From the NCBI GenBank assembly GCA_045600045.1, contig JAZRXD010000051.1, positions 18,740 to 82,739 on the forward strand: 64,000 nucleotides of DNA, given 5' to 3'. The DNA is from Bacteroidales bacterium. Lineage in GTDB: Bacteria; Bacteroidota; Bacteroidia; Bacteroidales; UBA1715. Positions 1-9,157 of this stretch are shown here, in pieces. The translations under genes were made by a program, and so were the position numbers. The notes below the pieces were generated by a model. It had not been told where the DNA came from. It was given only the letters and a program-made list of their open reading frames with translations, and did not search any database. Numbering within the stretch: position 1 is the first letter of the stretch; each line of letters opens with the position of its first letter.

Positions 1-62
1 TACCAACTCACTTATGACATAGTTAGTTAGATACGTTGCAATTTGATGATGATTTGGCTGAC

Positions 63-551
63 TCATAATATTTCAACAGCAATTTTTGTTAACGATTGTA
101 ATGCCCTTTCGGTACCAAAATAATATTGTTGGTCAAGATATTTATCTTGCAATAATTGAGCTGCTTGTTCTGGGGTATAAATTCCCTCGCGATAATTTGT
201 CAATTGTAATACGACGCCATCATCAGCAATTGGACCAATAACAATATCATAATTATGAATAGTAACACCGTCCTTTTGACTACGATTAGAGTCCACAAAC
301 AAAAACCATTCTACACTCGCTTTTTTTGGAAAAACTTTAACATTTAAATTAGAACATAAAGCTGATTCGTCAAATTCGTAACTGATGAGTGTTGCCGTTC
401 CACCAAAAAGACGAGTCTTCTTGTTTGCCATACGAATTGCCGTATTCCTATCTGATGTCAAATAAAAACCAGCCCCAAAATCTTTGTGTTTCAAGCCTTT
501 ATTCAAATCTATTGTTTCAATATCAGTATTTGTACCATGATATAGTTTCAT
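63..551 (-). CDS. DUF3990-like protein, predicted minimal ADP-ribosyltransferase fold (candidate toxin)
   Basis: 162-aa ORF. Motifs LYHGT (res 3-7), GAGFYLTS (res 26-33) and SYEFD (res 57-61) occur in the order of the H-Y-E ART triad. Its start overlaps the stop of the upstream 71-aa ORF by 4 nt (ATGA on the minus strand, 548-551). Confidence 0.7.
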   Translation of the reverse strand: MKLYHGTNTDIETIDLNKGLKHKDFGAGFYLTSDRNTAIRMANKKTRLFGGTATLISYEFDESALCSNLNVKVFPKKASVEWFLFVDSNRSQKDGVTIHNYDIVIGPIADDGVVLQLTNYREGIYTPEQAAQLLQDKYLDQQYYFGTERALQSLTKIAVEIL

Positions 552-763
552 GCAAGCGTACCTCCATTTTTTTTACAAATAACAAGCAAATCGTCTATAG
601 TTTCTTCCATTGATTGTAGATGTTCCACATCATAAAATTCAACTAAAAATGCCAATCCCTTATGCTCTTTCAAATAACGATACGCAGATTGTCTCGACAT
701 ATCATATCGTTGTCCAAATGCATATATGCAAGCCGTAAAATATGGTATTTCAAACTTACTCAT
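548..763 (-). CDS. DUF3791-like small protein, candidate partner of the DUF3990-like gene
   Basis: 71-aa ORF directly upstream of 63-551 and translationally coupled to it. The sequence (FTACIYAFGQRYDMSRQSAYRYL) matches my memory of the DUF3791 family, which co-occurs with DUF3990. Confidence 0.65.
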   Translation of the reverse strand: MSKFEIPYFTACIYAFGQRYDMSRQSAYRYLKEHKGLAFLVEFYDVEHLQSMEETIDDLLVICKKNGGTLA

Positions 764-832
764 TTCTATATTGTTTCAATACCCCAAACATCTATTGCGA
801 AAATAAACACAATTTTTGAATACAGTATAAAA

Positions 833-1987
833 TCACAAAAAAGATTTTGCGTATTTCATTGATTCTTCGTGTGTTGCAACGTAATTTTCAAGTGTTGGTT
901 CTGCTATGAACGAAATTGTTTGCATTGTTTTTTCAATCATATCAGACATTCCAAAAAACGAAATTTTGTCTTGTAAAAATGCCGCAACAGCAACTTCATT
1001 CGCCGCATTCATAATACAAGGCATATTTCCGCCAGTTTCGATTGCCGAAAGTGCAATGTTTAAATTTCTAAATAAAGTACGGTTTGGTTGTTCAAATGTC
1101 AAGTCCTTGTATTCAAACAAATTAACACGTGGGAAATCTGCTTTAAGGCGGTCTGGATAACTAAATGCGTATTGAATTGGAATTCGCATATCTGGCATTC
1201 CAAGCTGTGCTTTGATAGAACCATCTTCGAACTGAACAGCCGAGTGAACGATTGATTGCGGATGCACCAAAACCTCAATATCTTTTGGTGCAACATTGAA
1301 CAACCATTTGGCCTCAATCACTTCCAAACCTTTGTTCATAAGCGATGCCGAATCTATTGTAACTTTTGCGCCCATGCTCCAGTTTGGATGCTTCAATGCC
1401 TGCGCTTTTGTTACCGTTGCTAATTGTTCTTTGGTAAAACCACGGAATGGTCCGCCAGAAGCAGTCAATAAAATCTTTTCGGGTTTATTGCCACACTGTA
1501 ATTCTCCGTGCAAGCACTGAAAAATTGCCGAATGTTCTGAGTCAACGGGAACGATGCCTGATTTTGGATGTTCTTTCAGTAATTTGTTGACTAACTGTCC
1601 TGCAACGACAAGAACTTCTTTGTTTGCCAATGCAATAATTTTGTCGTGTTTAATAGCATTGATAACGGGTGCAAGACCAGCATAGCCGACCAAAGCCCCC
1701 AAAACCATATCAACCGACTCCATTTCAACCACATCGTTCAACGATTCGTTACCAGTGAACACTTTTATCATGTATTTTTCCAAAGCCTTCGACACATATT
1801 CGTACTTGTCGGGATTGGAAATGACAACCACATTTGGATTGAATTTGATAGCTTGTTCAATCAATAAATCTGCATTGTTGTGCGCAGTTAAAACTTCAAC
1901 GGAAAATTCATTTGGATGACGTGAAATCACATCTAACGCTTGTGTTCCAATGGAACCCGTTGAACCTAAAAGAGCTATTCTTTTCAT
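833..1987 (-). CDS. dxr: 1-deoxy-D-xylulose 5-phosphate reductoisomerase
   Basis: MKRIALLGSTGSIGTQALDV NADPH-binding N-terminus, and full-length similarity to Dxr (DSEHSAIFQC, LKHPNWSMG). Start placed at the ATG at 1987 (MKRIAL) rather than the ORF-track start at 1999. Confidence 0.95.
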   Translation of the reverse strand: MKRIALLGSTGSIGTQALDVISRHPNEFSVEVLTAHNNADLLIEQAIKFNPNVVVISNPDKYEYVSKALEKYMIKVFTGNESLNDVVEMESVDMVLGALVGYAGLAPVINAIKHDKIIALANKEVLVVAGQLVNKLLKEHPKSGIVPVDSEHSAIFQCLHGELQCGNKPEKILLTASGGPFRGFTKEQLATVTKAQALKHPNWSMGAKVTIDSASLMNKGLEVIEAKWLFNVAPKDIEVLVHPQSIVHSAVQFEDGSIKAQLGMPDMRIPIQYAFSYPDRLKADFPRVNLFEYKDLTFEQPNRTLFRNLNIALSAIETGGNMPCIMNAANEVAVAAFLQDKISFFGMSDMIEKTMQTISFIAEPTLENYVATHEESMKYAKSFL

Positions 1988-1988
1988 A

Positions 1989-2867
1989 CTAAAAAACAAT
2001 ATAATTTTCGGAATTTACAGGTTTCCCCTCCTGCCATAATTCAAAATGCAAATGCGGTCCAAGTGTCAAATCTCCGGTATTGCCAAGCAAAGCAATTCCT
2101 TCGCCAGCAACAACGTGGTCGCCTGTTTTTTTCAACAATTTTGAATTGTGTTTATATACCGAGATAAAATCGTTACTATGTTGAATTATAATTGTATAGC
2201 CTGTTTCTACCGTCCATGTGTCAAGAATGACGGTTCCATCCAAAACAGAGTGGATAATACTGTTTTCGGCAGCAACAACATCTGTTCCGTGATGTTCCGA
2301 ACTGAAATTACTTGAAATAACACCTTTAACGGGTGGATGAAAGAAGAAATTTTCAATTCGAACGCCAGCTGTGTTTGCACGGAAGTTTACGTTAAGAGCT
2401 TCATTTTCTTGAATTTCCATGCGTAGCATTGAATCGGCTGGAGAAATGTCGAAGTTCAAATTAGTGTAGTTTTCTGCATTTGAAGCCGCAATAGAATCAA
2501 TGTTTTCGTAATTTGCAGGATCTTCGCCGTTTAGTATGGTATGCAGAATTTGCATTTTCTGCGCATATAGGTTCATTTGATATTCGAGGGAATCAACAAT
2601 CTCTGCGTTTCGTTCAATTTTTTCACGTTCTTCCATAACGGGATAATTTGGAATGATGTATTCCTTTAAAGGAGTGTAGGCGATTATCAAATAAACAATA
2701 AAAATCAGAACAATTGAAAGTGCTGCAACGACTGTAAACACATTCATTAGAGACAAACGGAATGAAAATATCGTGGCGAATGTTTTTTCGTCAATAATCG
2801 ACAAATTGTATTTCCTACGTAGCTTTGTCCGATGTTTTTTCTTTGTGTTATCAGTGTTATTACTCAT
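1989..2867 (-). CDS. M23/LytM family metallopeptidase, membrane anchored
   Basis: N-terminal TM helix. C-terminal [18 protein letters not shown] is typical of the M23 HxH motif. Confidence 0.9.
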   Translation of the reverse strand: MSNNTDNTKKKHRTKLRRKYNLSIIDEKTFATIFSFRLSLMNVFTVVAALSIVLIFIVYLIIAYTPLKEYIIPNYPVMEEREKIERNAEIVDSLEYQMNLYAQKMQILHTILNGEDPANYENIDSIAASNAENYTNLNFDISPADSMLRMEIQENEALNVNFRANTAGVRIENFFFHPPVKGVISSNFSSEHHGTDVVAAENSIIHSVLDGTVILDTWTVETGYTIIIQHSNDFISVYKHNSKLLKKTGDHVVAGEGIALLGNTGDLTLGPHLHFELWQEGKPVNSENYIVF

Positions 2868-3522
2868 TTTCTATAATTTTTCCGTCTTCCATTTTTATTA
2901 CTCTATCCGAAATTGCCGCAAGATTGTCATCGTGTGTGACGATAACGTACGTTTGGTGGAATGTGTCACGCAAGCGAAGGATTAGTTGATGTAATTCCGC
3001 TTTGTTGTGCGAATCCAAATTTCCCGAAGGTTCGTCGGCGAAAACTACTGCAGGATTGTTCATAATTGCCCGTGCAATAGCAACTCGTTGTTGCTCACCT
3101 CCCGAAAGTTCCGCGGGTTTATGCGTCATTCGTTCCGATAGATTCAAAAAATCCAGTAATTCTTTTGCGTGATTTTCTGCTTGTTTGAGATTTTTACCTT
3201 GTAATAATGCGGGCAGACAAACATTTTCCAATGCTGTGAATTCTGGCAGAAGTTGATGAAATTGAAATACAAACCCGATGTGATTGTTCCTGAACAGGGC
3301 TAATTCTTTCTCTTTTAAAGCGTTGATGTTGGTGTCAAGAATTTGAAGCGTACCTTCATCTGCGTTTAAAAGAGTTCCCATTATTTGAAGCAATGTGGTT
3401 TTCCCTGCACCGCTTTTACCTACAATCGAAACAATTTCTCCACTTTCAACGTCAAAATCAATGCCTTTCAAAACTTGAAGGTTGCCAAATGATTTTTGTA
3501 TGTTACGAGTTTGAATAATCAT
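2860..3522 (-). CDS. ABC transporter ATP-binding protein (LolD/MacB-type)
   Basis: Walker [10 protein letters not shown], signature LSGGEQQRV, Walker [13 protein letters not shown]. Start placed at [13 protein letters not shown] (3522). Confidence 0.9.
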   Translation of the reverse strand: MIIQTRNIQKSFGNLQVLKGIDFDVESGEIVSIVGKSGAGKTTLLQIMGTLLNADEGTLQILDTNINALKEKELALFRNNHIGFVFQFHQLLPEFTALENVCLPALLQGKNLKQAENHAKELLDFLNLSERMTHKPAELSGGEQQRVAIARAIMNNPAVVFADEPSGNLDSHNKAELHQLILRLRDTFHQTYVIVTHDDNLAAISDRVIKMEDGKIIENE

Positions 3523-3588
3523 ACTGCAAAGAAAATCAATTTTTGCGAGAAAAAGATATTTTCTCAAATAGTTGTGGCGACAAGAATT

Positions 3589-4536
3589 TTATTGAAATCG
3601 TGTGTCGATGATTCCTAGTGAATCAATGTCGTGTGCCAACATTTTTGTGAAAATTTCGGCTCCGCGTTGATTTAAATGCGAAGAGTTGTAGAAAAACGTT
3701 GTGTCGAACGAAAGAAAACAATTTGTGTAGTCAAGAATTTTCGCATTGCATAATGCGGCGTACATCGAAAATGTGTTTTTGATTTCAGCCATTCCTATAA
3801 CTTTTTGTGTTGCTTCAACATAAGTTGGAGGATAGACGAAAATCATTTTTATAGAATCATTTTTGCAATTCAACAAATATGTCTTAAATAATTGCTCGGA
3901 AGTGGAATCTTTGTCGAATTTTATGGTATCAATTGTTTTTAAAATTGTTCCGTCCCATTTGTTGTTGAATGCGTGAAAACCTTTTTGCAACACAATACTA
4001 TCTTCATTTGAATGAAAAGCTTGCACGCAACAGTTCCAAAGGCCATCGTGGCGGATGTATCTAATAAGTGGAACATACAAGTCTAAAAACGGAAAGTTTT
4101 CTTCGGAAATCACAATAGAACGCATTTCAGAATCACGGAAATACGGAAAATATTGATTTTGCTCGTAACCGTTGGTCGCTCCTAATGTTGTTCCCCAATC
4201 AACAATTTGAATGATAGCTTTGGGTTTCTCATTTTTACAACGATAATAATTATATCGTGGAATTTGTCTGTCGACACAACTTCCGTCAATTCCTAAATTG
4301 TAAGATGAAATGTGCAATGTGCTATCTAAAATTCGAGGTGAAATTTGTGTCCAAGCTCTCGATGAACCCATAACAAGAACGTCGTGTGTCATTCCACCTT
4401 GAGAAATCTCGTTCCAAACCGTGTATTTATGATTGTGCGAATTTTTGAGCTTTTGCGAAAGTAAATAGTCGGTTGTGATTGCCACAATAAGTAAAACAAT
4501 GGCTGAAATGAGTATTTCCGAAAAAAATTTCTTCAT
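3589..4536 (-). CDS. membrane-anchored hypothetical protein, possibly SGNH/DltD-like fold
   Basis: 315-aa ORF with an N-terminal TM helix. Weak SGNH-like blocks (VMGSSR, NLGIDG, SSHLNQRG). The function call is tentative. Confidence 0.55.
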   Translation of the reverse strand: MKKFFSEILISAIVLLIVAITTDYLLSQKLKNSHNHKYTVWNEISQGGMTHDVLVMGSSRAWTQISPRILDSTLHISSYNLGIDGSCVDRQIPRYNYYRCKNEKPKAIIQIVDWGTTLGATNGYEQNQYFPYFRDSEMRSIVISEENFPFLDLYVPLIRYIRHDGLWNCCVQAFHSNEDSIVLQKGFHAFNNKWDGTILKTIDTIKFDKDSTSEQLFKTYLLNCKNDSIKMIFVYPPTYVEATQKVIGMAEIKNTFSMYAALCNAKILDYTNCFLSFDTTFFYNSSHLNQRGAEIFTKMLAHDIDSLGIIDTRFQ

Positions 4537-4541
4537 TGAAA

Positions 4542-5513
4542 CTAATCTTTCAAAGCAATGAATTTGATCAAGTCTATGAGTGCATTGCGGGCTTCAGTAT
4601 CTGCAAAAGATTGACAAAGTTCAATTGATTCGGCACAAAATGCTTGTTGCTTTTTTGTTGCGTAGTCAAGTCCGCCTTTGTTTCGTACAAAATCAGCTAA
4701 TTCTTCCAGCTTTGTTTGTTTATTGCCGTGATGTTCCAATTTGAAAAGAATCTTTTCCCGTTCAACAAACGAGACCTGAGATAAAGCGAACAACAACGGA
4801 AGTGTCTGTTTTTTTTCTTGTAAATCGTTATATGATTTTTTGCCCAACACCGATGCCCGTGAGTAATCTAAAACATCGTCGCGGATTTGGAAAGCCAAAC
4901 CTAATAATTCGGCAATTCGTTCCACTTTTTTTATGTCGTTTTCCGAAGCATTTTTGCTTGAATATGCTCCTGTAACCATTGCCACGATAAATAAAGCGGC
5001 GGTTTTTGATTTTATAATTTCGTAGTATGTGTTTTCGGTGTTTTCGAGTGTTTTGGCATGTTCAATCTGCATCAATTCTCCTTCGCTCATTCGTTTTACA
5101 CCTTGCGACATTATTTCCAACGCTTTGATTTCATTTTTCTCAATTGCGTATAAAAGACCTTTTGCCAAATAATAATCACCTGCAAGAACGGCAATTTTGT
5201 TTTTCCATTTCGCTTTGACAGACAATAGATTACGTCGGGTTTCTGAATCATCTACAACATCGTCGTGAATCAATGTCGCGTTGTGCAGCAATTCCACCAT
5301 GTAAGCTGCCGAAAATGTTGATTCTGTTACGTTGCCAAATAATCGGGCGGATAAAAACGTGAGTGCGGGACGGATTTGTTTCCCTTTGTTCCCAAAAACG
5401 TATTTCGTGACGGCGTTCAATAAATTGGTTTTTGACAAAAGGTTCGGTTCAAACATTTTGTCGAATTTTTGAATGTCGTCTTTAATAATTTGAGGAAACG
5501 AATATTCTGCCAT
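4542..5513 (-). CDS. polyprenyl diphosphate synthase (trans-isoprenyl, IspB-like)
   Basis: Two aspartate-rich motifs, LIHDDVVDDSETRR and FQIRDDVLDY. Confidence 0.92.
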   Translation of the reverse strand: MAEYSFPQIIKDDIQKFDKMFEPNLLSKTNLLNAVTKYVFGNKGKQIRPALTFLSARLFGNVTESTFSAAYMVELLHNATLIHDDVVDDSETRRNLLSVKAKWKNKIAVLAGDYYLAKGLLYAIEKNEIKALEIMSQGVKRMSEGELMQIEHAKTLENTENTYYEIIKSKTAALFIVAMVTGAYSSKNASENDIKKVERIAELLGLAFQIRDDVLDYSRASVLGKKSYNDLQEKKQTLPLLFALSQVSFVEREKILFKLEHHGNKQTKLEELADFVRNKGGLDYATKKQQAFCAESIELCQSFADTEARNALIDLIKFIALKD

Positions 5514-5615
5514 TTTTTGAAATTCAATTTGTCAAAGATACTGTTTTATTTGGATTGTGAAATTATGATTCGTTATTGGCTGAAAGAATGTTTTTTATGT
5601 TTTTCATTTTAATAG

Positions 5616-5623
5616 TATATTTG
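5616..5623 (+). promoter_or_regulatory. candidate Bacteroidota -7 promoter box for ffh
   Basis: TATATTTG matches TAnnTTTG, 22 nt upstream of the ATG. Confidence 0.4.
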
Positions 5624-5645
5624 TACCGTTTGAAATAGAATAACA

Positions 5646-6977
5646 ATGTTTGAGAATTTATCAGAACGATTGGAGAAATCCTTCAAAATGTTGAAGGGTC
5701 AGGGCAAGATTACCGAAATCAACGTTGCCGAAACTTTAAAGGACGTGCGTCGTGCATTGCTTGATGCCGATGTGAACTATAAAATCGCCAAACAATTTAC
5801 CGAAGATGTAAAACAGAAAGCTCTTGGGCAAAATGTTCTTACTGCGGTGAAACCGGGCGAAATGATGACGAAAATCGTTCACGATGAGTTGACAGCTTTA
5901 ATGGGCGGTCAGAAAACCGATTTGAATCTCAAAGGAAATCCTACCGTTATTTTGATGTCAGGCTTGCAAGGTTCTGGTAAAACAACAATGTCGGGGAAAT
6001 TGGCCAATATGTTAAAAACGAAACAAGGCCGCCATCCATTGCTTGTTGCATGCGACGTATATCGTCCAGCTGCAATAAACCAATTGCAGGTTTTGGGAGA
6101 ACAAATCGGTGTGCCGGTTTTTGCAGATTTATCTGATAGCAATCCTGTAAATATTGCGGAAAAAGCAATCCGTCAGGCAAAATTGAACGGACAAGATATT
6201 GTGATTGTCGATACTGCCGGTCGTTTGGCTGTTGACGAAGCTATGATGACCGAAATCACGAATATTAAGAATGCAATCAATCCGCAGGAAATTTTGTTCG
6301 TTGTTGATTCAATGACTGGTCAGGATGCTGTGAATACGGCAAAAGAATTTAACGACAGATTGAATTTCGATGGTGTTGTTTTAACGAAACTCGATGGCGA
6401 TACACGTGGTGGTGCTGCTCTTTCGATTCGCTCAGTCGTAAATAAACCAATAAAATTTGTCGGTACAGGCGAGAAACTCGAAGCAATAGACGTGTTCTAT
6501 CCAGAACGTATGGCCGACAGAATTCTTGGTATGGGTGATATTGTTTCGTTGGTTGAACGTGCTCAGGAACAATACGACGAGGAGGAAGCCCGCAAGTTGC
6601 AAAAGAAGATTTCGAAGAACCAATTCAATTTCGAGGATTTTCTTGCTCAAATTCAACAAATTAAGAAGATGGGTAATTTGAAAGATTTGGCTTCGATGAT
6701 TCCTGGTATGGGAAAGGCTTTGAAAAATGTTGATATTGATGATGATGCATTCAAAGGAATAGAGGCAATTATTCGCTCAATGACACCAGAAGAACGTGCA
6801 AATCCAATTATTTTGAACGGTTCTCGTCGCAAACGTATCGCATTGGGTAGCGGAACGACTGTTCAAGACGTAAATAAACTCATCAAACAATTCGACGAAA
6901 CGAAAAAGATGATGAAAATGGTTACTGGAGCAAAAGGTAGCCGTATGATGCAGAATATGATGGCAAATATGAAATAG
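5646..6977 (+). CDS. ffh: signal recognition particle protein Ffh
   Basis: NG domain GLQGSGKTT, DTAGR, TKLDGD. Methionine-rich M domain at the C-terminus. Confidence 0.97.
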   Translation: MFENLSERLEKSFKMLKGQGKITEINVAETLKDVRRALLDADVNYKIAKQFTEDVKQKALGQNVLTAVKPGEMMTKIVHDELTALMGGQKTDLNLKGNPTVILMSGLQGSGKTTMSGKLANMLKTKQGRHPLLVACDVYRPAAINQLQVLGEQIGVPVFADLSDSNPVNIAEKAIRQAKLNGQDIVIVDTAGRLAVDEAMMTEITNIKNAINPQEILFVVDSMTGQDAVNTAKEFNDRLNFDGVVLTKLDGDTRGGAALSIRSVVNKPIKFVGTGEKLEAIDVFYPERMADRILGMGDIVSLVERAQEQYDEEEARKLQKKISKNQFNFEDFLAQIQQIKKMGNLKDLASMIPGMGKALKNVDIDDDAFKGIEAIIRSMTPEERANPIILNGSRRKRIALGSGTTVQDVNKLIKQFDETKKMMKMVTGAKGSRMMQNMMANMK

Positions 6978-7042
6978 GGATATTAGAAGTCCGTTGTTAG
7001 AATTTTGTTGGCAACTGACTTCTGACAACTAAAATCAAAAAG

Positions 7043-7915
7043 ATGGAATTAATAGATGGTAAGAAAGTTAGCGAGTCAATTAAACAACAAATTGCCGAAG
7101 AAGTAAAGGCAATTCAGGCTCGTGGTGAAAAAGTGCCGCATTTGGCCGCAATTCTTGTTGGAAATGACGGAGGTAGTGTTACATACGTTAATAATAAGGT
7201 AAAAGCGTGTGAACAATGTGGATTTAAGTCAACGTTGAAAACATTCGACGAAAATATCACGGAAGAAACGTTATTGAAAACCGTTGAAGAATTTAATAAC
7301 GATGATGACATTGATGGTTTTATAGTTCAACTTCCGTTGCCAAAACATATTGATTCGCAAAAAGTTATAGAAGCAATCAATCCAAACAAGGATGTTGATG
7401 GTTTCCACCCAATGAATGTCGGAAAAATGATGATAGGTTTGCCATGTTTTAAATCGGCTACGCCTGCTGGCATTCTCGAATTATTAAAATTCTATCACAT
7501 TGATACTGCAGGAAAACATTGCGTAGTAATTGGTCGAAGCAATATCGTTGGAAAACCGATGAGTGTGTTGTTGAGCCAAAAAGGATGGGATTGCACGGTA
7601 ACATTGTGTCATAGTAAGACGAAAAATTTAGAAGCAGTTTGTGCATCAGCAGATATTTTGATAGCTGCACTTGGTACGCCAGGTTTTGTGAAAGCAAATA
7701 TGGTGAAAGAAGGTGCTGTAGTTATAGATGTGGGAACAACACGTGTTACCGATACTACTCGTGAACGCGGATGGCGTTTGTGCGGTGATGTGTTGTTTGA
7801 TGAGGTCTCTCCAAAATGTAGCTACATTACACCTGTTCCTGGTGGCGTTGGCCCAATGACAATCTGCTCGTTGATGATTAACACATTGCAGGCAGCAAAA
7901 GGAAAAAAAGCATAA
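7043..7915 (+). CDS. folD: bifunctional methylenetetrahydrofolate dehydrogenase/cyclohydrolase
   Basis: Full-length FolD pattern ([36 protein letters not shown]). Confidence 0.97.
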   Translation: MELIDGKKVSESIKQQIAEEVKAIQARGEKVPHLAAILVGNDGGSVTYVNNKVKACEQCGFKSTLKTFDENITEETLLKTVEEFNNDDDIDGFIVQLPLPKHIDSQKVIEAINPNKDVDGFHPMNVGKMMIGLPCFKSATPAGILELLKFYHIDTAGKHCVVIGRSNIVGKPMSVLLSQKGWDCTVTLCHSKTKNLEAVCASADILIAALGTPGFVKANMVKEGAVVIDVGTTRVTDTTRERGWRLCGDVLFDEVSPKCSYITPVPGGVGPMTICSLMINTLQAAKGKKA

Positions 7916-7993
7916 AAATGTCTTTTGGCAGAATCTCTAGTTAGAAAATTTAATTTTCCTGGTTTTTGATTCCTGAAAACTGACAACTCTAAA

Positions 7994-8563
7994 ATGACTG
8001 AGACAAAAGAATTGGTGATTATTGGTGGCCCAAATGGTTCGGGAAAAACAACATTCACGCAAAGTTATGTGGAGTTGCATCCCATGTCTTGTTTGAATGC
8101 CGATGAAATTGCCAAGGTATTGAATCCTCAAGATATGAGTAAAGTCAGTGTAAGTGCTGGAAAAATTTTCTTTCAACGGTTGGAAGAATACAAAAAGCGT
8201 GGCGAAAGTGTTTTGATTGAAAGTACACTTTCAGGAACGTATTTAACTAAAATGATGGACGATTTCCACAATGAAGGTTATGATGTTACGCTTGTATATG
8301 TTTTTCTTTATTCTCCCGAAGTTTGCATTGAACGAATTAAGGAACGTGTGCTGAAAGGTGGACACTATGTCCCCGATAGAGACGTGATACGTCGTTATTA
8401 TCGAAGCAAAGAAAATTTTTGGAATAATTATAAAAATGAAGCTGATAAATGGTTTTTGATTTATAATTCCGAAAATAAATTTATTCCAATTGCATTGGGA
8501 ATGAAAAATCAATTCTCAATAGAGAATAAAGATTATTTCTACAAATTCATGTCAAAATTTTAA
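7994..8563 (+). CDS. zeta-toxin-like P-loop kinase (COG4185-type ATPase)
   Basis: Walker A GGPNGSGKTT, ESTLSG, and GGHYVPDRDVIRRYYRS, typical of the zeta toxin/AAA family. Confidence 0.8.
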   Translation: MTETKELVIIGGPNGSGKTTFTQSYVELHPMSCLNADEIAKVLNPQDMSKVSVSAGKIFFQRLEEYKKRGESVLIESTLSGTYLTKMMDDFHNEGYDVTLVYVFLYSPEVCIERIKERVLKGGHYVPDRDVIRRYYRSKENFWNNYKNEADKWFLIYNSENKFIPIALGMKNQFSIENKDYFYKFMSKF

Positions 8564-8567
8564 GATT

Positions 8568-8822
8568 ATGAAATATCGTTATAAGACAGTCGGAACGTGT
8601 AGCCAACAGATAGATTTTGAAATAGAAGAAGGAATTCTTAAAAATGTCAGATTCTATGGTGGCTGTAATGGAAATCTTCAGGGAATTGGTAAATTGGTCG
8701 AAGGAATGCCGGTAACTGCGGTTATAGAAAAATTGCAAGGCATTCAATGTGGCATGAAACCAACCTCATGTCCCGATCAATTGACAGTTGCACTAAAAAA
8801 GGTGTTGGCGAAAAATCAGTAG
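8568..8822 (+). CDS. TSCPD-domain small protein (TIGR03905-like, four-Cys)
   Basis: 84 aa with GTCSQQIDFEIE...FYGGCNGNLQG...GIQCG...TSCPDQL. Starts 4 nt after the zeta-like gene stop. Confidence 0.8.
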   Translation: MKYRYKTVGTCSQQIDFEIEEGILKNVRFYGGCNGNLQGIGKLVEGMPVTAVIEKLQGIQCGMKPTSCPDQLTVALKKVLAKNQ

Positions 8823-8847
8823 AAATTGTTGATTAAGAAAAAAAAAT

Positions 8848-8855
8848 TATATTTG
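8848..8855 (+). promoter_or_regulatory. candidate -7 promoter box for the 68-aa ORF
   Basis: TATATTTG, 63 nt upstream of the ATG at 8919. Confidence 0.3.
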
Positions 8856-8918
8856 CGTTGGTGTTGAATGTGGGAAAGTGTGTAAACAAATTATTTTGTT
8901 TTGATTTAAGTATTTGGT

Positions 8919-9125
8919 ATGGAAGTAAAGAAGTTCTCTGACTTGAATTTATACTTAAAAGGCTTTGAAATAGAATCGATTGGAAATCAGGCAGTTCGCA
9001 AAGCACAGGAAGAAAACCGCAAAAAAGGAATTCCTTTGGTTTATTCGGTGGACGGAAAAATTTATTATGAATTGGCTGACGGAACTATCACAACTAATAG
9101 CCCTTTCAAAACAGACAAAGGGTGA
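8919..9125 (+). CDS. small hypothetical protein (68 aa)
   Basis: ORF with its own candidate promoter. The sequence resembles small proteins I recall next to COG4185 zeta-like ATPases, but I cannot verify this. Confidence 0.45.
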   Translation: MEVKKFSDLNLYLKGFEIESIGNQAVRKAQEENRKKGIPLVYSVDGKIYYELADGTITTNSPFKTDKG

Positions 9126-9157
9126 TTATTTATTAATTTTAGACTAATCAATTTATT

